DNA of 64,000 bases, taken from Schizochytrium sp. TIO01. Its lineage: Eukaryota; Protista; Bigyra: Labyrinthulomycetes. The notes under the pieces are model-generated. The model did no database searches, had not been told where the DNA came from, and saw only the letters and a program-made list of their open reading frames with translations. The number at the start of each line of letters is the position of its first letter. Position 1 is the stretch's first letter. Below are positions 61,101-64,000 of the stretch, piece after piece. Position numbers and translations under genes: made by a program. The stretch is taken from the NCBI GenBank assembly GCA_004764695.1, contig SMSO01000014.1, positions 5,094,845-5,158,844 of the forward strand. Direction: 5' to 3'.

Positions 61101-61552
61101 TGGCTGTGGCCGAGAGCGCCCTTGAACCAACCCTGCTGGGCAACCTTTTCATGCGAGGTTCCGAGGAGCTCGAGAACACGCATGTAGTTTGCCATCTGGG
61201 TCATGAAAATGAGTGGGAAGGACACCGGGGCATAGCGAAGGAGGTCAAAGCTGGGCACGGACTTGTCTGAAGCGATCCATGCACGCACGTTAAGACCGCC
61301 ATGGTTCGCGTACCACTCGTCGGAAGCGGCAATGTCCTCGAGCTTGCTGAGACCCAGCTCGAGGAATTCACGCACGCTGGACTTGCCATTCTTGTGGAGG
61401 CTGCGGAGCTCACCGAGCCAATCGCTGCCCTGGCCTCCGAAAGCGGCAATGCACGAGGACACCTCGGGATCCACGAAGAGGTGCGTCTTGGGCTCCTGGG
61501 CCACAGGGGCGGTCTCTTCGACCTTGATCTGCTGCTGCTGCTGATCCGACAT
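49109..61552 (-). CDS. FAS: Type I fatty acid synthase, fungal-type, beta+alpha equivalents in one 4147-aa chain (AT-ER-DH-MPT-ACP-ACP-KR-KS-PPT)
   Basis: Uninterrupted 12.4-kb ATG-initiated ORF with strong codon bias. Catalytic motifs occur in the fungal FAS order: AT GHSQG (~61100), ER GRGGGHHSFEDF (~59590), DH SRDANPIH...HGMW (~57050-57130), MPT GHSLGEY (~56365), ACP GRSAVQNE (Ser 55076-55078) and GKSALQNE (Ser 54497-54499), KR VTGAGAGSIG and YAESK, KS PVGACATA (Cys ~50931) with HGTST and GHPKGA, C-terminal PPTase GVDVE...WAAKEA...SISH. Confidence 0.98.
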   Translation of the reverse strand: MSDQQQQQIKVEETAPVAQEPKTHLFVDPEVSSCIAAFGGQGSDWLGELRSLHKNGKSSVREFLELGLSKLEDIAASDEWYANHGGLNVRAWIASDKSVPSFDLLRYAPVSFPLIFMTQMANYMRVLELLGTSHEKVAQQGWFKGALGHSQGVVAAAVTAAASTDRELRNLSVAGLEFMSQIGLGAQKSMNFELSRRSAGPESPMLSVQGMSEATLLKAFKEATKLAVQKETMMAKFSTSSKDDKAAPNASQRLGIALCNGTDDYVVCGEPKDLRMLRKVIVSMSAEVGKEAQARVPFSKRKPVTQTTFLRMTAPFHSALNAEAFEQVAAWAASSAFGQELAQRTLRIPVWDTEKGADLRKMEPSQVVNMLARNTLVSSANLLSTLRAAEADCKASHLISFGPGSVAGHLMANALVGTGIQVIQANDPDSKSKENAATASSSSSRSSAKSLAAILTAEKPERIPVATPWGEKFAPKIAVRACDGERVLMTKYTSTIGRAPVMMSGMTPTTSFHGIDLVAACANAGYNAELAAGGLPTPDLFKMKVQELASKLNPGVGMAINMLYLNAYQWGFQFPLVCELAKAGLPIESITIGAGVPTEEKAKDIFDGLQGAGINLIGFKPGSKQAIRDVLQLASLRPSMNIMLQWTSGRGGGHHSFEDFHEPLLATYEEIRQHDNIILVIGSGFGDAQGVMTYLDGSWSQSPKFGRLAKMPVDGVLFGSRCMVAKEAATAPEVKQLIVDAAGLEDELSWEKSYDEVAGGVVTVQSELGEPIHKLATRGILLWREFDKRFFSLPRGEKRRDAILAAKDEIIAKLNADFQKPYFGRKRDGSVCEVEDMTYAEVLERMVQLMHIKNGGDKAGRLAPTRWIDPTYASRVMLMMQRSAARLAKDKMDKVVPSNKLLMEDPDKAIADFLAAIPALEDSLMADDDVTYFLDLCKVPTRGKPVNFVPVVDEDLVFWVKKDSLWFSEQLDAVPDRDPGRVCVLHGPVAARYSTIVDEPIADIMGNIHKDLVRDLKCDEVKVNVLAPVELQQASVLKIISETPQLVRGRSFVPNPIAKVLKREAFEKVKYTSEGGLESINVQDPERGLTVATLSQVGSDNKLAELQVFDKEAGAVLKQKFTIDLTSLRPIFQTEEDNLSATKQLYRTAWDCQGEFHAGDTFTDEVVVTSENIEAFNRGTHTEYNGSAEAPIDISIMAGWRPLARALFVEELQSNLLKLVHLTNGIRLPNPKTRTPVKAGEVIRSEVRITGITIQPKVGKKVAVKGIITRASDKNATPEMWVEMNSAFLIRGVAETPEEYATTFEEFPAETHVIDVKDATVAELVASRAWIKLDNGRKVQEGDRVTISLSHVSNRFAGPNRLKDIKVTGDVFIESTSVKSSNSGSTPLGSPTNSSVSGTQSDDFVDVDTSSKVKAGTVEFASSEGEEFQLNPVMSFLEKYSEPMHNGHIAENGGYELIAEPVVVPAPADCTMYARGSRDANPIHRESAFAVLADLPGGEPIVHGMWTACMARARLEEGPAGGNPARIVSYEASFVDMVHCGDELVVTAKQTGVKDGLMLINLSVNRASDRALVMTARAELEQPTTAYLFTGQGSASPGMGMDRYAASATVRKVWDVADEYLRNRYGFSILQIVRENPKSLTVHFGGPRGKVIRENLRSLQTEDPTTGKKMPLIPEISSTTKSFTFNSPTGLLFATQFSQPALVLVQKAAFEELREAGLVPEKAFFAGHSLGEYAALAGFADVLSVEDLVETVFLRGMVMQNAVPRDADGTSNYAMVAANPLRVGRGFTPETLGEVVDLLCEREDLGKPLLQIVNYNVRYTQYVVAGELLALDALGEALNLAFATGNRNAAELAEKGAQAALASLAKRGGRKEPLKRGKATIPLPGIDVPFHSRKLLPGVGAFRQLLSPRLALSTMERIYHRLVGNYIPNVTAEVLTLDRSYAEKVQKVTGSAPMLELLADYDSATPAEKCRTLVIELLAHQFAMPVRWIETQDLMFGARVQRVIEMGPAATLTTMAKHTLKSGAFGDADEYNPEIMWWKNDRERVYYELDDEGPSFAAFVEQLKAEMESEAGDSEEGEVSEAPAAPAPTPAPAPAPVAPKPAPAPVAAPAPAPSGGASTPDAPVDAKHVLRVLLASKLKKPIGEIPASTSVQTLSAGRSAVQNEIMGELSAEFKGGIPDNAGEMPLSELAGNLSSYKEPGAVSTKLVTRTLSAALPGGFGANAAKDYLTQHWGLGTGRNFSVLLHSCTMAPEKRLKSEEEGKQWLDSVCKAYGDDVGVSLSPAGAGGAGGAPSGMMMMPQMMSMGGPAAVPPPDAPVSALHAMRVMLATKFEKGFNEISDSATVASLSNGKSALQNEVAGDLAAEFGAEGDDSAQKPLTELAAAFQAGYSGPGKVLTRDINKVLGQCLPGGFGLSAARAYLASDRLLPAGRVESVMIHSLTMAPKERIKSAEDAKAWLDTVCGAYGSFAGIDIPRAGAGGGGGAMMGFAGPGVSSAEVNGLKANLQSMVETQLEALQRFMEQDPLHADRLLDVERKLRGETEAKLDAIHAELTVDFCERVQPQFDEKRVRVYDSFWNWVVQDAMQMHLHVLSRLNEARKGQSTGLPAGDANPHFEDMSKWLLGTSSSEVPPTAWFRNFLCNRATPQLLQAVKFFANSMHEAGHVDYAQAIALLAEQVQCWLNNVPVHVATFDPVSPNVRVLDNGTVDYFETPREGVPDAVRYVAEMSRGLFYVRRSPARVANPSQAVNVAGDGQLALPPAADSTGLQPADGELASGWRRPRSEAELARELNNRSGSGLEALDLEADEASEESKEALPEGPTLDRLRLTVSRDAASSGEDAGSPGKISTSSLKNGYESIHVSKQVPFVHLKSLSGVDKSVRILNEQLTSEYFSCLDEIATSGVSFAGQVALVTGAGAGSIGTELVKSLLEGGATVLCAMRTARSENALTKEYARFQNIYKEFGAKDSKLYLVPCNCASSQDMKSIVAYTYEQLGLDVDFVVPFAAAAQQGKDISSIDAASEASHRMMMTNVVRLLGALRDAKASRGIVTRPAMVLIPCSPNHGEFGNDGLYAESKLGCEALLNKWSSEGWGDYLSLAACVIGWTRSALMEHNNIVAPGIEALGCRTFAPEETNFNLVGLLHPRMVTLAAEEPLWADLTGNWVVIPNMKDAADGLRSELMTKSRIARAVATSNQLEESKKPEGGRELPPPESAGPLAGTMLGMTPFPTLPSEEARKSLSALEGMVDLRKVVVITGYGEVGPWGNARTRWEMESYGEFSLEGAIELAWMVGLIKRHDGPLPSGPPRQRYVGWVDATSGEAVADHEVKRRYEKTLLQSCGIRIVEPAIFEGYNPDAKRFLHSVVLDRDMPAIELASLEEGLQYMKELGEECCDVFARPSDGQYMMRVKKGAEVSIAKALKFNRNVAGQVPTGWDARRLGLPADIANSVDPVTLYTLVSTVEALMAAGLSDPYELYQYVHVSEVGNTSGGGMGGMRSLKRMFHQRKLDEDIPSDTLAESFINTMPAWVNMLLVSSSGPIKTPVGACATAAESLDIGMETILSGKARVVIAGGYDDFGEEGSYEFAQMGATNNTVLDAARGRTVRESSRPMSSSRAGFVESHGAGIQVLMDAELALEMGAPIFAILALTNTATDKQGRSIPAPGRGILTSARESTKAGVSPMLSLERRRQGLEMELDALKTLNAQKEQSEGEDAAFLERLVQKRRAAALETWGQGFFKNDPSIAPLRGALAVWGLGVDDLGVASFHGTSTKLNDTNESGVLNKQMEHLGRSKGNVLFVVAQKYLTGHPKGAACAWMVNGLVQCMLDARVPGNRNLDNVDVKLQTNSYLVYPNEPVQLPKIEAALLKSFGFGQAGAEVVIVHPDRLLATLSPEAFANYIEARNIRERRTFRNAQNVMSGSRNMVIVKEHPPYPAELEEAVYLDPLARASYDAKENTWTFRSAAGLTSSGMPKIASSQAPSSPKPAAAPVSESASQSAQMSAKDRLQMTMAEQAAGIAARAGGSGVGVGVDVENVSTFADYAGSKQDFIQRNFTEAEIAYCKSAADPAASFAGRWAAKEAVVKALSSIAPDSRSLWAGGHASLVDIEVVANPSGAPQIRLHGHPEQVSQMLAVNDLSVSISHTAEVAIANAIARK

Positions 61553-62950
61553 GGTTATGGTTTTTCAACAATGAAGATCTTCTTTTCTTCTTCTGTAGAA
61601 TGCTCTTCTTCTGATGTTTTCTTTGTACAACGACAAGGACTGGGGGGATCAGAGGAGAGCCGCCGCCTGTTGCAATGAAGAAGGAGGAGCTGCGTAGAAA
61701 GATTTACGGCGCGAGACTTGGTTGTCGCGGTCAGTGAAGTCCGCAAATTCCGGCAAGTTGTGCAAAGGAACGAATGAAAAGTTATGTATATATGTGCCGG
61801 TCGTTCCACAGCAGGCAGCAGGATCAAGAAGAGATCTTCTTCTTCTTCTTGTCGCTAGCTGAGCTGTGCTTTTGAAGATTGCACTAGTGCTGCCGCTTTC
61901 TACAGAAGTAGAAGTAGAAGCTGGTCAGGAGAGAAAGAGATGATACAGAGAAACACACCGACGAGGTATGTGTTCCCTGGCGAGAGGATGGAGGGAGGGA
62001 TCGAAACAAGGTGCGACTGCCTCTAATTCTGGGAGGCTGAGCGAGTCCTGTCTGCTGCGTCTGGCTGTCTGGACTTGTGTCTTGTGCTGCGTACAGCCGT
62101 TTCCTTGAAAAGCAACGTCGGAGTGCGAGCTCTGCGCGACTCCTTTCCGTCAAATCCCGTTCGATTTGGATTTGCTGCCTTCTTCTTTCTGCTCAGGCCT
62201 TGTCCTTCTGCCAACAATACACGATTCACTAACAACTCGCTTTTCAAAAGTGCTAGGTATTTCAAAACATGTATGAATGAATATATCATATATATATATA
62301 CATATCATTTGAAAACACCTCTTTTCGAAACAATCCCCAACTAACAAACACCGCTAGCGCATGCCTACCCTAAAACCTAAGGGGTCAGGTTCCTGGTAGA
62401 AACAGGTGCCAAAACAAAGAGAGTGAGGACGAGAAAAATCCAAATTTCTTTTTTCTTTTTTACTTTCTCCATTCGAATACTTTTAAAACACTTTTAAAAA
62501 AAATTAAAAAATTAAAATAAATAAAAAGACCTTCTGATGTTTTATGAAAATGAAAATAATAAACTAACGAATTAAATAAATAGCTTACTTAAAATGAAAC
62601 AGCAAAAATAGGCATGAAAATGACATTAATTAATTTTTCGTCAACCCCAGAAGCAGCGATTAGAGCAACACGTACATAGTATAGGCGCCAATGACGACGC
62701 AGCGCCGGATCCCGAGGATGGAATGGGTACGCAGATCCTCCTCCACTGCCGCCTCGGCCTGTCTCTCCTCCGCCTGAGTGGAGAGATCTCCAGCAGCAGC
62801 GGCGCTCCTCAGCCATGTCAGAGCAGTTTCGGGAAGGCGATCGATCGATCCCCCTTGTCCAAATGCTGCTGCTCTTTTCACAAACAAACAAACCAAAAAC
62901 AAACAAACACATTTTATTATTCTTTTCACAAGTAGAAAGATACCAATAAA

Positions 62951-63063
62951 GTTCAAAATTCAAAATTCAAAATTCAAAAATTCAAAACTTCAAAACTCAA
63001 CAAATAAAAATTCAAAAACTCAAAATTCAAAGCTCAACAAACAGAAACAACTACAATTCAAAA
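62951..63063. repeat. Degenerate (TTCAAAA)n A-tract array upstream of FAS
   Basis: Repeated TTCAAAA/CTCAA units with a 7-8 bp period. Confidence 0.8.
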
Positions 63064-63597
63064 ACACACCTCATTCGAAGCTTCAACTGGAAAAAGAAAC
63101 AGAAGAAGAGACAAAGCACATACATCATTTGCTCCTTCATTCCTCTATGCATACATATGAATCAATCGACACTGGGCTCGCTCTTATCAGGCGCTGCTTG
63201 TGCTCGTGTTCTCTGCGCGGCGTCATCACGAAGAGCGGTCGCCTGCTCGCTCGCTAGCTAGCTAGCTACTCGCTGGTTGGTTGGCTGGCGGGCTGGCTAC
63301 AGGCTGGCTACAGGCTGCTGCCGCGTCCACTCGAGTCGGGCCGCGTCAAGGAGCGAGCTGTGGCTTGGCCGCCTTCAGGTTCTCAGGCGGCAGACGTCTT
63401 CTGCGCCCAAACTACGCAAGCACCGCCTTCGATGACGATGGGTTCCTTTCTGCTCTTTCTTCTCTCTCAAGATTTACTTATTATTCTGTTTATTTAGTTT
63501 GTGGTTTATTTCGTTTACTTTATGTTTGATTGAGAAAGAAGAGTGTTTTTAGTTTCTGGAGTAAAAACCCGCTGTGGCTTTGAAGAAGACAAGACAT

Positions 63598-63722
63598 TCA
63601 TTGCATTGCATTGCATTGCATTGCATTGCATTGCATTGCATTGCTGTCGTCGTCGCCGCCGCATGGCTTGGCTTGGCTTGGCTTGGCTTGGCTTGGCTTG
63701 GCTTGGCTTGGCTTGGCTTGGC
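63598..63722. repeat. Adjacent pentanucleotide microsatellites (CATTG)n and (GGCTT)n
   Basis: Directly visible at 63598-63644 and 63664-63722. Confidence 0.93.
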
Positions 63723-64000
63723 CTGGCTCCGCTCCAAAAAGATTGGGTGTGTCATGAATCAGCCAATTCTCTGTCAAAATCGCCAACAGAGCCTTCGTGC
63801 TAGTTAGGAACCTGCATTTCGCACAATGAATGCGTGGCACACACAGACGGAGGGAGATCCATGCACGATGATGGGAAAGAAGTACAGCGATTCATGGATA
63901 GATTGATAGATTGATAGATTGATAGATAGATAGATAGATACTGCAGATCGTCGCTTCGCTTCAACGATGAGATGGATGAGCGGATGGCTGGATAAATGCA

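Noticed and set aside
61555-61827. 90-aa upstream ORF ending 2 nt before the FAS ATG
   Set aside because: TTG start with no ATG, so there is no support for a translated uORF.

Overview
Eukaryotic nuclear DNA, most likely from a thraustochytrid (Aurantiochytrium/Schizochytrium-like). This is inferred from the single-chain fungal-type FAS, the spliceosomal intron and the microsatellite-rich intergenic DNA. Only four protein-coding genes are well supported in 64 kb. (1) A spliced FG-nucleoporin-like gene (minus strand, 24960-27751) with an N-terminal Ran-binding-like domain, an acidic tract, one RanBP2-type zinc finger and a 4x internal peptide repeat; the ORF track misses its first exon. (2) A 753-aa Q/P/S/H-rich protein with an unrecognised C-terminal globular domain (plus, 36916-39177). 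(3) A Pumilio/PUF RNA-binding protein with a partly non-canonical recognition code (minus, 40469-44599). (4) An uninterrupted 4147-aa type I fatty acid synthase with the order AT-ER-DH-MPT-ACP-ACP-KR-KS-PPT (minus, 49109-61552). Bases 1-24.9 kb have no credible CDS and consist of simple repeats and GC-rich islands. A near-perfect 6 x 79-bp tandem array bracketed by inverted repeats lies at 31.1-31.6 kb. I found no rRNA, tRNA, CRISPR array or intact transposon, and I cannot demonstrate a complete novel system from sequence alone. The best leads are the orphan-domain protein, the altered PUF code, the nucleoporin architecture and the 79-bp fold-back array.
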